Shown here one piece after another: positions 9,501 to 17,749 of a DNA stretch of 38,749 nucleotides. Made by a program: the position numbers and the translations under genes. The stretch is from Candidatus Pacearchaeota archaeon (GTDB lineage: Archaea; Nanobdellota; Nanobdellia; Pacearchaeales; GW2011-AR1). The stretch's first letter is position 1; every line of letters begins with the position of its first letter. The notes below the pieces were generated by a model. The model was not told the DNA's origin. It saw nothing but the letters and a program-made list of their open reading frames with translations, and did not search any database. The DNA is taken from NCBI GenBank assembly GCA_050124795.1, contig JASFEO010000013.1:1-38749 (forward strand), in the 5' to 3' direction.

Positions 9501-10992
9501 TTGTTTTTCCGCAGACTTTCCCCCCGCACTGAGAATCACTGCAGTCAATTGCCCCGTCGTCATTATCATCTTCATTATTGTCGCAAATTTCTTTTCCAAA
9601 AGTTTTAAACTCTTCAACTAACCTCTTTTCATATTCCTCTTGCTCAAAATAAAACTCTCGTTTCTCATAACCGGAAAACAAAGAAACATAAAAATTCTTT
9701 CTCTCCTCATAATTAATAAGCCTTAACTCTTTCTGCTTTTCTCTTTTTTCCTGCTCTAGTTTAATCCAGCCATAATTCTGAAACATTTCATTTCTTTCCC
9801 CATCACTCATTGCCTCTTCACGCTCCTGATAAATTTTATCTACTTCTTCCCAATTATCATTTGATACTTCATTCCATGCATCATTTAAAACTTGAAGTTC
9901 CATTGAGTCCTTCATTGCAGAATTATAATCCCCCCTCTCAAAAGCCAAAGCCATTTTTTCAATTAACTCAATCGCCATAATTTTAAATTCTTCAGAATCA
10001 AGTTGTTTATACCTTTCTCTTAAACCCTCATCAAATTTTATTTCATCAGGATATTTAAAATTCCCTCTTCCCTCAAACCACATATTAAGATTAATCCAAT
10101 TCCATTCACACTCATCACACATTTCAAGTCGTAAAATCGCTTCAAAATTTTCTCCTTCAAAAAAATTAATCTCCTGAACATGAGTCTTTGAGTCATCCCT
10201 TTTATTTTCAGAACCAAAAATAGAATTCATAATTTCTTCGCACGACCCTTGGTTCTGCCTGAAAAAAGATTCAAAAATTCTCTCTGCGCTCACACTCGCC
10301 TTTGCGAGTTCATCAGCGTTATCCCTCGTTGGTTCAGAATTAAAAATCTCTGCCAAATTTTGGATCTTATCTATCTTACTATTAATATCCAAATTCTCTT
10401 TCGGACTTTTAAATTCCTTTTCAAAATTTAATCTGTAAATAATATGCTCCTCGCAATCTTCATACTTTTCCTTAAAACTCTCCTTGTAACTCTTTTTTTC
10501 TTCTTCACTTAAATCTTCAAAATATTTTCCTGTCTCTTCATAATACTCTTCTTTAAAATCACGAAAATCATTCTCAATTTCAAATGCGCATTTCTTAAAT
10601 ATCGACGGATACGCACCCAAAGTAATTCTGATTTTCTTTCCATCAAAAATTATTTTTCTCCAGATTGGAAGATAATCATCCAATTTTCTTTCATGGTTTT
10701 CACCTTCAACCCAAACCCATTTTGTTTCTTCCTGAGCTTCCCCCAAAATAGAACGAACCTGCTCCTGTTTTAAAATTCCGCCATACTCCTTATTAGTCGC
10801 TCCGAGAATTTCATTTAAACCTTCGCGAACAGAACTTAAATAAACCATAAACTGAACATAATTTATATTCCCTGTTTCATATTCTTGCGCATAATGAGTA
10901 ACTTTATTCATCTCACTATCAACAGAACCAGCAAAAATATTTGAACATAAAAAAACCAAAAGCAAAACTATAATTATCCCCTTCTTTTTCAT
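6580..10992 (-). CDS. 1470-aa acidic, Cys-rich exported protein of unknown function
   Basis: Signal peptide MKKKGIIIVLLLVFLCSNIFA; helical Glu-rich blocks alternating with Cys-rich modules (EICDNNEDDNDDGAIDCSDSQC, CGNNICEEGE, CxxxC runs) and Asp/Glu low-complexity linkers. Confidence 0.88.
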   Translation of the reverse strand: MKKKGIIIVLLLVFLCSNIFAGSVDSEMNKVTHYAQEYETGNINYVQFMVYLSSVREGLNEILGATNKEYGGILKQEQVRSILGEAQEETKWVWVEGENHERKLDDYLPIWRKIIFDGKKIRITLGAYPSIFKKCAFEIENDFRDFKEEYYEETGKYFEDLSEEEKKSYKESFKEKYEDCEEHIIYRLNFEKEFKSPKENLDINSKIDKIQNLAEIFNSEPTRDNADELAKASVSAERIFESFFRQNQGSCEEIMNSIFGSENKRDDSKTHVQEINFFEGENFEAILRLEMCDECEWNWINLNMWFEGRGNFKYPDEIKFDEGLRERYKQLDSEEFKIMAIELIEKMALAFERGDYNSAMKDSMELQVLNDAWNEVSNDNWEEVDKIYQEREEAMSDGERNEMFQNYGWIKLEQEKREKQKELRLINYEERKNFYVSLFSGYEKREFYFEQEEYEKRLVEEFKTFGKEICDNNEDDNDDGAIDCSDSQCGGKVCGKTITSEIIDNETIKLTTELYCIKGTCQAKEFEEKISEKVCGNNICEEGENVCSSSSVVCSENDTECFATADCGEDYCPEDCVSCPEHGAIECDGKVIFSGKDESGCPLKPICLNETEFCEEDSDCADPLCGDAVCSEEKICVVEKLTECNESECVDGEEKIKKCEAGEEVISEICSEGIWKTTGAECEGEVSEDLKCTQCGDGCYPLEDVASMSCVEDVQNIKCVQEGKDCVSYEKEVFGEECSVKEDCGGVDDVCSNGKCVAIPHTVVVENEEEEEINIDEFIDEEKIKESLEVIEEELEKEEAEHEEENKKEFKEVHEEKDQEEKSGKEFKGAEKEEKEEEINEESSNDGTLTGSVIFNFFNNFLKLTGRTVEDDSSEDDSSEDSDNFESDSDNSDDEPNTDEGSNDGTEDNPNDNPNDNGGDEEGEGNSDCPDAGDPPEVNENCWYEKNYDENGCVSGYDVECGEKGEQEGNWEDNDEDWEEHKDEWHEDCDERCERECDDRLVKPCVDKCVHESGCLDDGNCDDELDECKSECEGGADMETCKDECKEKCKKGEDTWIEPEWEEPKQEQGVFSVGGGCRTSQGKTEGYMWFNGWGEPFEDIQELKNKYYQGGETDWCKMELENLIKQRREFEKGLNREFAKWFFEIYIANTAEDWEQHQSGIYELYWNVVDNSRQMAERMNCLRMNGIPFDYRLVNFSYETDYGRIEYFEEISEISSSRFFGDTVNDEKVEVITPYMKVWIFPPEEFIKNELKKAMVNEEFPGSPEEKMKRESEGGLKDEEKENIKQDEGFMKRIRKLSEKYYGEVNAVVRFVDYEEDSVVFNLYAVINEEDIIKFKPMLPENVPSEDVRIELDFKDLYEIIYTSEKEMQGENVEFPDWAQRKISPINKIKEIRKGIGMFFKIKGMVNDAEITPKEAEKDVDKLFNDFLWMMMKGGMNGEEDFAEGKDEHVEELEQEILKSKEKISGQMIG
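8242..8271. repeat. 12-bp tandem repeat (2.5 copies) inside the 1470-aa gene, encoding DNPNDNPNDN
   Basis: attatcatttgg attatcatttgg attatc. Confidence 0.8.
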
Positions 10993-11092
10993 TTTTATAA
11001 AATGAAAAATACATTTATATAATTTTTGTTAAAAAAAGTTCTGCCAAACAATTCATAAAAAAATTTAAAAACAAAACTTATTCATAAATTCT

Positions 11093-11659
11093 ATGAAAGA
11101 AAAAACATTAGTATTAATAAAACCAGATGCAGTTCTTCGTGGAATCACAGGAGAAATAATTTCACGCTTTGAAAAAGTGGGAATGAAAATTGTTGCAATG
11201 AAAATGATTCAGGCCAAAAGAGAAGTTTTAGAAAAACATTATTTTAAGGACGAGAAATGGTTAAAAGAAAAAGGAGAACTATATAAAAAGAAATTAGAAA
11301 TGCCCGAAGACACAGATCCAATTCCCGTCGGAAAAAAAATTGTTGAAGGATTAATTATTGACATGCAAACTTCTCCAATCATTGCAATAATTCTTGAAGG
11401 ACACAATGCAGTTCACACAGTAAAAAGATTAACAGGTCCGACAAATATTGACGAAGCTTTACCTGGAACAATAAGAGGAGACTTTTCTCATGACACTTTT
11501 GAATTAGCTAATAAATCAAACAGACCAAATTTAACAATTATTCACGCAACAGACAACCCTGATGAAGCACAAAAAGAAATTGATTTTTGGTTTTCACCTG
11601 ATGAAATTCATTCATATGAAAAACCTGAAGAAAAAGTTCATTATCGTTTTAGAGAATAA
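11093..11659 (+). CDS. ndk: Nucleoside diphosphate kinase
   Basis: EKTLVLIKPDAV, PGTIRGDF and catalytic IIHATD motifs; carries an internal insertion relative to short NDKs. Confidence 0.95.
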   Translation: MKEKTLVLIKPDAVLRGITGEIISRFEKVGMKIVAMKMIQAKREVLEKHYFKDEKWLKEKGELYKKKLEMPEDTDPIPVGKKIVEGLIIDMQTSPIIAIILEGHNAVHTVKRLTGPTNIDEALPGTIRGDFSHDTFELANKSNRPNLTIIHATDNPDEAQKEIDFWFSPDEIHSYEKPEEKVHYRFRE

Positions 11660-11726
11660 TTATTCTTAAAAATAAAATTAATCTTTAGAATATTTCTTTA
11701 ACCTTTTACGAACCCGTTTTCGTCTT

Positions 11727-11933
11727 TCATGATTCTGTCGGGAAGTTTTTAACTCTTAGAAGACCCGAATTAACATATTCATCATTTGGACCAACAAAAA
11801 CACTTTCGCCTTCACCAGCATTCTTAGAACTAATCTCATAAAAAGATTCATCAGGAACTCGTTCATTATCCCCTGGAACTCTCTCACAAGAAACTCTTAA
11901 ACCCCTCAAAAGATATTTTAAGGTATTCACCAT
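11727..11933 (-). CDS. Small hypothetical protein (68 aa)
   Basis: ATG start filling an intergenic gap, with TATA-like TTTATTAA about 25 nt upstream; no motif recognised. Confidence 0.5.
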   Translation of the reverse strand: MVNTLKYLLRGLRVSCERVPGDNERVPDESFYEISSKNAGEGESVFVGPNDEYVNSGLLRVKNFPTES

Positions 11934-12039
11934 TTTAATATTTAATTATTTAAGTTAATAAAATTTTCTAAAAATAAATCCATATCAAAACTTTCTGCTT
12001 GTGCAAAAATCTCACTTTTTAATTATTCAGTGCAAAAAT

Positions 12040-12060
12040 AAAATTCGCAAAGCGAATTTT
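12040..12060 (-). terminator. Perfect 9-bp inverted repeat immediately 3' of the radA stop; candidate terminator or 3' element
   Basis: AAAATTCGC-AAA-GCGAATTTT, followed on the minus strand by ATTTTT. Confidence 0.55.
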
Positions 12061-13053
12061 TTATGCCTCATCAACCACCCCAGCATCTGTAACAAAAAAG
12101 ATTGTTTCATTATCAGGTAAATCAGGTGAATCAATTAACTTTGCAACACGTGAATCTTTTTTTCCTCTTCGTAAATAAATTCTGTAAGTTGAAGCATGCC
12201 CCACTATGTGCCCGCCAATTGCAGTTGTTGGGTCTCCAAACATTTGCGCAGGATTTGCCATAACCTGATTTGTAACATAAACTGCTAAATTATGTTTCTC
12301 AGCTAATTTTGATAAATTATGAATATACTTGTTCAACTTCTGCTGCCTGTCAGCTAATTGCCCACGACCTGAAAATTCTGCCCTAAAATGTGCAGTCAAA
12401 GAATCAACAATTAAAAGTTTAATTGGTTCTCCGTCCTTAATCATTTCACTGACTCTGTCAAGAAGTAAAATCTGATGATCAGAATTAAATGCTCTTGCAA
12501 CAAAAATATTTTTTAAAACTTTTTCAGGATTTGCACCAAGGTTCTCAGCAATTTGTTTTATTCTGCCGGGTCTAAAAGTTCCTTCAGTATCAATAAAAAC
12601 ACACTTGCCATTTGCCCCGCCCTTTTCTTTTGGTAGCTGCACATTCACAGCCAAAGTTGAACCGACTTGAGTTTTCCCTGAACCAAAACTTCCAAAACAT
12701 TCTGTAATTGCCCTCGACTGCAAACCCTTTCCCCCCAGAAGTTCGTCAACATTTTTGCTCCCCATAGTAATAAATTGCGTGTCACTTCTCTTCTTTGCGT
12801 AACTAAGTCCGTCAGTAAAATCCAAACTCAACATTCCACGCGCAGCCTGAATTGCTTTTCTTGCAACAGCAGCCCCGACACCCGCAGCATCAGCTAATTG
12901 CGCAGGACCCATAACAGCCAAACTCATTAAATCATAAATTCCCGCAGCCTCCAACTTCGCAGCAACAGCAGGACCAATACCAGGCAAATCAGTTAACTGC
13001 GGCTCTTTACTTTCACTCCCTTCAGTTTCTTCTTTTTCTTTTTTAGTTGCCAT
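12061..13053 (-). CDS. radA: DNA repair and recombination protein RadA
   Basis: N-terminal HhH (LPGIGP), Walker A GSFGSGKT, FIDTEGTFRP, Walker B LLIVDS, GRGQLADRQQKL. Start moved to ATG 13053 (MATKKEKEE), which overlaps the upstream TAA (TAATG). Confidence 0.97.
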   Translation of the reverse strand: MATKKEKEETEGSESKEPQLTDLPGIGPAVAAKLEAAGIYDLMSLAVMGPAQLADAAGVGAAVARKAIQAARGMLSLDFTDGLSYAKKRSDTQFITMGSKNVDELLGGKGLQSRAITECFGSFGSGKTQVGSTLAVNVQLPKEKGGANGKCVFIDTEGTFRPGRIKQIAENLGANPEKVLKNIFVARAFNSDHQILLLDRVSEMIKDGEPIKLLIVDSLTAHFRAEFSGRGQLADRQQKLNKYIHNLSKLAEKHNLAVYVTNQVMANPAQMFGDPTTAIGGHIVGHASTYRIYLRRGKKDSRVAKLIDSPDLPDNETIFFVTDAGVVDEA

Positions 13054-13310
13054 TATAATTTCTCCTCTAATAATTTTTTCCAGTGGACACTTGCAACAAC
13101 CTCCGAAAAACATATTCCATATTGTCCATCAACAGATTCGTAAGCTTTAAAATCAAACTCATTAAAAGGATTTCTTCTAATTCTCACAAAATTTCCATCT
13201 TTTAAACTAATATGGTAACTTCTACCAACTGATTCTGGCGGCCCAATTAATCCATGTCCTTTAACCTCAAACCTTCCAAAATAATCTAAAGGATTTTTTT
13301 CTTCAACCAT
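13053..13310 (-). CDS. Small hypothetical protein (85 aa), translationally coupled to radA
   Basis: ATG start with TATA-like CTTATAAA upstream; stop overlaps the radA start. Confidence 0.65.
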   Translation of the reverse strand: MVEEKNPLDYFGRFEVKGHGLIGPPESVGRSYHISLKDGNFVRIRRNPFNEFDFKAYESVDGQYGICFSEVVASVHWKKLLEEKL

Positions 13311-13363
13311 AAAAAACCAAATCCCCTTCCATTTATAAGCATTTATCTATTCACAAATATATA

Positions 13364-13813
13364 TTAAATTTCATCTTCAACAAACTCCTGTGCCTCAGTC
13401 AACTCTTCAGGAATCCTATATTCTCTCCATTTAACTTTTTTCTCATTAATTGCTTTTTTTAATTTCTTCTCAACAGAATTTAATCTACTCTTCCCGCTTT
13501 TCACTTCAATAAAAATAATCTCATCAATTTCTTTTTCATCAAGCCCCTTAAAACAAATTAAATCAATTGGCTTTCCTAAAAATTTGCACTCAGTCGGCAG
13601 ATATGGAAAGTTTGGTAAATACGGCGCCAACTGTTCAGAAAATTGTCCTCCCAAAACAGCGCGTGATTTTTTTATTGCTTCCCTTCTGTAATCAGGCAAA
13701 TTTTTCTCCCACTCCCTATGCTTTGTAAATTTTCCAAACTTCAAACCAATCCAAAAAGCAATAAAAACTCCAATTAAAAAAATAATTCCTAAAAAGATTA
13801 TTTCTAAATCCAT
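13364..13813 (-). CDS. Membrane-anchored Holliday junction resolvase-like PD-(D/E)xK endonuclease (Endonuc_Holl type)
   Basis: N-terminal TM; SRAVLGGQFSEQLAP, FLGKPIDLI, FIEVKSG motifs. Confidence 0.88.
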   Translation of the reverse strand: MDLEIIFLGIIFLIGVFIAFWIGLKFGKFTKHREWEKNLPDYRREAIKKSRAVLGGQFSEQLAPYLPNFPYLPTECKFLGKPIDLICFKGLDEKEIDEIIFIEVKSGKSRLNSVEKKLKKAINEKKVKWREYRIPEELTEAQEFVEDEI

Positions 13814-14409
13814 TATAAATTTCCCTTTTTTATATAAATATAAACCATCGCCAAAATTGCGCCAATCAAATCAGACACTAAATCAAGAGAAGTATTCACA
13901 AACCCCCCGACACCGGTTTCAGGAATCAGCACAACTGCCAAAAATTCAATTAATTCATTCAAAGCCCCGACACCCAGACCAGCCATAATAACTATAATTG
14001 AAACAGCAGCCCAATTTTTAAGATCCTTTTTCAAAATAGGTTTTAAAATAACAAACATAACTAAAGTCGCAACAAAAAACCCAACAATATGAACAAACTG
14101 ATCATAACGAAAAATAGAATATTCACTTGACAAATTAACTAACATCAATTCATACAGTCTCATCTCTCCATTTAACAAAACCCCTCCCCCACACATATGA
14201 AGTAACCCCCATAAACTCAAACCCCATAAAACAAAATTCGGATAATTCACTTTTTCATTTGTAAATAAAATCACAACAAAGAAAAATATAACAACAAAAA
14301 CATACATCACAAATTCATAATTTGCCCTCTCTAAAAAAACAAATAAAAATAAAATTAAATAAATTAATGTAAAAATTAAAATAGGAATTTGTAATTTTTT
14401 GATTAACAT
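13813..14409 (-). CDS. DUF2238/VanZ-like integral membrane protein
   Basis: Multi-TM; H-x-x-G-G, YDQFVH, NELIEF, NTSLDL motifs. Confidence 0.75.
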   Translation of the reverse strand: MLIKKLQIPILIFTLIYLILFLFVFLERANYEFVMYVFVVIFFFVVILFTNEKVNYPNFVLWGLSLWGLLHMCGGGVLLNGEMRLYELMLVNLSSEYSIFRYDQFVHIVGFFVATLVMFVILKPILKKDLKNWAAVSIIVIMAGLGVGALNELIEFLAVVLIPETGVGGFVNTSLDLVSDLIGAILAMVYIYIKKGNL

Positions 14410-14439
14410 AAAATAATTAAAAGAAAGTATCTTTTAAGT

Positions 14440-14838
14440 TTATCTGGAAAAAGATTTCCAAAAAGAAATGCAAAATCCTCCAAAAATCCCAATTAATAAA
14501 TCTGACAAAGTATCTGTCCATGTCTGCATCTCAACAATCCCAAAAAACGCCAATAAAAATTCATAAAACTCCCAAAGAACCGCAATAAACCCAACAATAG
14601 AAACAATTATAAAAACAAACAAAATTTTATTTTTTAATTCTATTAAATTTTCCTCTTCAAAAAAATTAAAAAGCAAAACAAAAGAAAACCCGATTGTAAA
14701 CCCGCCAAAAAAATGCATCGGAATATCCACCCAAGGATAAATTAAACAAACATCCATAAACCGATAAAAAATAATATTCAAAAGATAAACCATCAAAGGG
14801 AAAACAAAAAAGGACAAAACTCTTATTATTTTTTTCAT
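14440..14838 (-). CDS. VanZ/DUF2238-like small membrane protein
   Basis: DIPMHFFGG, LWEFYEF, DTLSDL motifs in a 4-TM protein. Confidence 0.7.
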   Translation of the reverse strand: MKKIIRVLSFFVFPLMVYLLNIIFYRFMDVCLIYPWVDIPMHFFGGFTIGFSFVLLFNFFEEENLIELKNKILFVFIIVSIVGFIAVLWEFYEFLLAFFGIVEMQTWTDTLSDLLIGIFGGFCISFWKSFSR

Positions 14839-14861
14839 TAACTAAAAAATAAATTCTGTTT

Positions 14862-15797
14862 TTAATTCTTTGCTTCTAATTTAGCTAAAATTTCGTCAGG
14901 ATTAACTTCACTGACCTCATTAAGAATAAATTCAGAATTATTAAAATAATTATTCAGCCTGACATCTCCTGAAAAAAACATTTCTTTGCCCAAAAGATTT
15001 TGTCTTTGCATAATTTGAGATTCAATATTTTCTAAATCAGTTAAACCAATTGCTGAAATCATGTTGTGAAACAAAACTGTTCTAATTGATTCAGTTCCAT
15101 CATCAATTACAATATTCATAACTGCACGTTTTTCCGGAGCGACACTTCCATGAGTCGCGCAATTTGCATCAATTACCTTTTTCTTGCATTCAGGACAAAC
15201 TTCAAAAAATCTAGGCTCAAATGCCTGAACAATAAATGCCCGAACACCAACGCTATCAGGAGTTTTAAATTCTGAAATTGTTGTCTCGCGAACCTGTTTT
15301 TCAGAATTAACATTTTCAATTTTTTCATTTGATTTTTTTATTTCAGAAAAACTCCCTAAATGAAGCTCATTTCCACGCATTGCGCCATTAGAAATTTCAA
15401 CAACTGAATCCAAAGCAATATCTCCTTTTTCAATTAATTCAATATGATTAACATCCCATAAAACAACCCTCACATTGCTTGACTCATCAGCAATTGTCAA
15501 ATTCACAACTTTCCCCTCCTTTCCATTTCTCTCAAATGTCCTAACAGGCGACAAATTAATAAGTTTCCCTACGGTATTAACCTTTCTCATTCCCGGCAAA
15601 AGTTCATCAATCTTTAACACTTCATTATCAAAAGAAATCCCGAGTTCTGCTGCAATAATTTGCATTGCCCCCTCGCGACTAATCAGCCCTGACAACTTCG
15701 CCCTCTTTGCCTCAACCTTTCTCTCTAATTCCTCTCGCTCCAAACCAGATGACTTCGCAACCTTCAAAAGAATATTTTCATAATTTCCCTCTGTCAT
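14862..15797 (-). CDS. Replication protein A-like ssDNA-binding protein (OB folds plus Zn finger)
   Basis: Helical N-terminus ending IAAELGI, OB fold (IADESSNVRVVLW), CPEC...CATH Zn finger, second OB fold (IDDGTESIR). Confidence 0.88.
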   Translation of the reverse strand: MTEGNYENILLKVAKSSGLEREELERKVEAKRAKLSGLISREGAMQIIAAELGISFDNEVLKIDELLPGMRKVNTVGKLINLSPVRTFERNGKEGKVVNLTIADESSNVRVVLWDVNHIELIEKGDIALDSVVEISNGAMRGNELHLGSFSEIKKSNEKIENVNSEKQVRETTISEFKTPDSVGVRAFIVQAFEPRFFEVCPECKKKVIDANCATHGSVAPEKRAVMNIVIDDGTESIRTVLFHNMISAIGLTDLENIESQIMQRQNLLGKEMFFSGDVRLNNYFNNSEFILNEVSEVNPDEILAKLEAKN

Positions 15798-15898
15798 AAA
15801 TACAAAAAATTTTTTCTATTTATAAGTATTATTGTCCTCCAAAGAGTGATTAAACAAAACAACTAAAATTTTATAAACCCTTTTTCTTAAAACTTGAT

Positions 15899-16171
15899 AT
15901 GGGGACTGCATTAATCAAAATAAAAATCATGCCAACTTCGCCGGATGTAAATTTAGAAGAAATAAAAAAAGAGGCAAAAAAAACAATTGAAGAAAATAAT
16001 GGATTGAGACTTGTTTTTTCTGAAGAACCAATTGCATTTGGATTAAAAGCAGTAATCGCCTCATTTGATATTGACGAGGAAAACCCATTGGAAGTAATTG
16101 AAGAAAATTTGCGAAAAATCCAAAACGTAAACTCAGCAGAAGTTATTGACATGAGAAGAGCATTTGGATAA
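15899..16171 (+). CDS. ef1b: Translation elongation factor aEF-1beta
   Basis: KIMPTSPDVNL, EEPIAFGLKA, C-terminal EVIDMRR. Confidence 0.95.
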   Translation: MGTALIKIKIMPTSPDVNLEEIKKEAKKTIEENNGLRLVFSEEPIAFGLKAVIASFDIDEENPLEVIEENLRKIQNVNSAEVIDMRRAFG

Positions 16172-16201
16172 TTATAAAAACTGATTTTTCTAAAAAACTA
16201 T

Positions 16202-16870
16202 ATGTTACCCAAAGAACAAATTCCTCAAATAAAAAAACAGCTTCTTGCGCAGCTTGATTCTACTAATCTGCCAAATAAAGAAGAAATAAAAAAATCAATT
16301 GAATTAATGAATGAAACTCAACTCGAAGAATTTCTTATTCAAAATAATTTAATAAAACCAGACAATCAAAGTCAGGATGGACAAGCAGCAGCACAAGAAA
16401 CCCAAACTCCTCAAGGGCAACCACAACAATGTGTTTTCTGTTCAATAGTTGAAGGAAAAATTAAAACTTATAAAATTGATGAAAATAAAGATTCAATTGC
16501 AGCACTTGAAATAAACCCGGTTTCATCTGGCCACTCAATAATAATTCCAAAAAAACACATAACTGAAAGTTCCAAATTACCTCAGACTGCATTTTCATTG
16601 GCAAAAAAAATCGCAAAAAAAATTAAAACAAAATTAAAACCAAAAGATGTAGCAATCTCTTCAGCAAATGTCTTTGGACATGAAATAATAAATATACTGC
16701 CGATTTATGAAAATGAAACAATTAACTCGCAAAGAAAGCAGGTAAATCCTGAAGAACTTGAAAAATTAAAAAAATTATTAGAAAAAAAACCTAAACCAAA
16801 AGTAATCAGAAAAAGAAAAACTAAAAAAATAGAAAAAGAAAAATTATGGCTTCCAAAAAGAATTCCTTAA
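16202..16870 (+). CDS. HIT-family protein with a degenerate histidine triad, N-terminal helical extension and basic tail
   Basis: CVFCSIVEG and INPVSSGHSIIIPKKH fit the HIT fold; the HxHxH region reads GHEIINILP. Confidence 0.8.
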   Translation: MLPKEQIPQIKKQLLAQLDSTNLPNKEEIKKSIELMNETQLEEFLIQNNLIKPDNQSQDGQAAAQETQTPQGQPQQCVFCSIVEGKIKTYKIDENKDSIAALEINPVSSGHSIIIPKKHITESSKLPQTAFSLAKKIAKKIKTKLKPKDVAISSANVFGHEIINILPIYENETINSQRKQVNPEELEKLKKLLEKKPKPKVIRKRKTKKIEKEKLWLPKRIP

Positions 16871-16879
16871 AAATTTTTC

Positions 16880-17719
16880 CTAAAACAAAATTAAACTAAA
16901 CTTTTTAAAAAAATAAACATAAACCAATATCAAAAAACTAAACCAGAAAACAGGAACAAAAGGAATTCCCTGCCTGATTAAAATCTCTTTTTTATTTTTC
17001 TGAATTAAATTAATTTCCTTCTTGCCCAAACCTTCCCACTTCGCCTTGATTAACTTATTTCCAACTTTTACATTCTGGTAAAGCCAGTCACCCTCAGTTA
17101 AACTTTTTGTTTTAACTTTCCGAACCATGCATGCTTCATCAACTGCTTTTGCATAAACATAAAAATAAGGAAAAATAAAAATAATAATTCCAAGAATAAA
17201 AAACATATTCTGACTAAATCCAAAAATCATTAAAACCAATCCAAAAATCATTGCAGAGTAAATTAACTTTTTCTTTTTATTAAATAAATTTTTATATTCG
17301 CATTTAAAATTTTTAAAATTACGAAGTCCCAAAACCAAACTTATAATTATTCCATAAATTCCTCCGACAATTAAAAAAGCAACTATGAAAAATAAAAATA
17401 TTTCAAGATTGATAATTAAATTTTCTGAAAAAGGCAAAACTGCTCCAAGCGCAATCATAAGTTTTGCATCTCCTCCTGCAAACATTCGCGAATAATAAAA
17501 TAAATTCCCAATTAAAAAAAATATCCCTAATCCAATTAACCCCTGCAATAAAAAATTAAAATTCTCAAAAAACAAAGAATAAAAAAATCTATAACCTAAT
17601 GCAAAAATCACTAAAGAAAAACTCAGCCAATTTGCAACTTCACGTTTTTTTAAATCCTGAAAACTCGCAAAACTAATCCAAAGAAATGCCAGACAAATTA
17701 AAAACATCACCTCATTCAT
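16880..17719 (-). CDS. A24-family prepilin (class III signal) peptidase
   Basis: Catalytic Asp motifs DLKKREV and GGDAKL; multi-TM; C-terminal EGDWL...GIPFVP. Confidence 0.92.
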   Translation of the reverse strand: MNEVMFLICLAFLWISFASFQDLKKREVANWLSFSLVIFALGYRFFYSLFFENFNFLLQGLIGLGIFFLIGNLFYYSRMFAGGDAKLMIALGAVLPFSENLIINLEIFLFFIVAFLIVGGIYGIIISLVLGLRNFKNFKCEYKNLFNKKKKLIYSAMIFGLVLMIFGFSQNMFFILGIIIFIFPYFYVYAKAVDEACMVRKVKTKSLTEGDWLYQNVKVGNKLIKAKWEGLGKKEINLIQKNKKEILIRQGIPFVPVFWFSFLILVYVYFFKKFSLILF

Positions 17720-17749
17720 AATTAAGATAGAATTTCTTAATTTATAAAA

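Noticed and set aside
1720-10431. Many 60-125 aa alternative-frame and antisense ORFs within the two giant genes
   Set aside because: Shadow ORFs fully overlapping long, coherent coding frames; no motifs.
11677-11933. Possible frameshifted pseudogene (an alternative frame continues RQNHERRKRVRKRLKKYSKD past the stop)
   Set aside because: No homolog evidence is available to decide; such basic tails arise easily in A-rich sequence.
13054-13113. N-terminal extension of RadA given in the ORF track (MFFGGCCKC...)
   Set aside because: It overlaps the upstream ORF; ATG 13053 with TAATG coupling gives a normal RadA start. No intein is present either.
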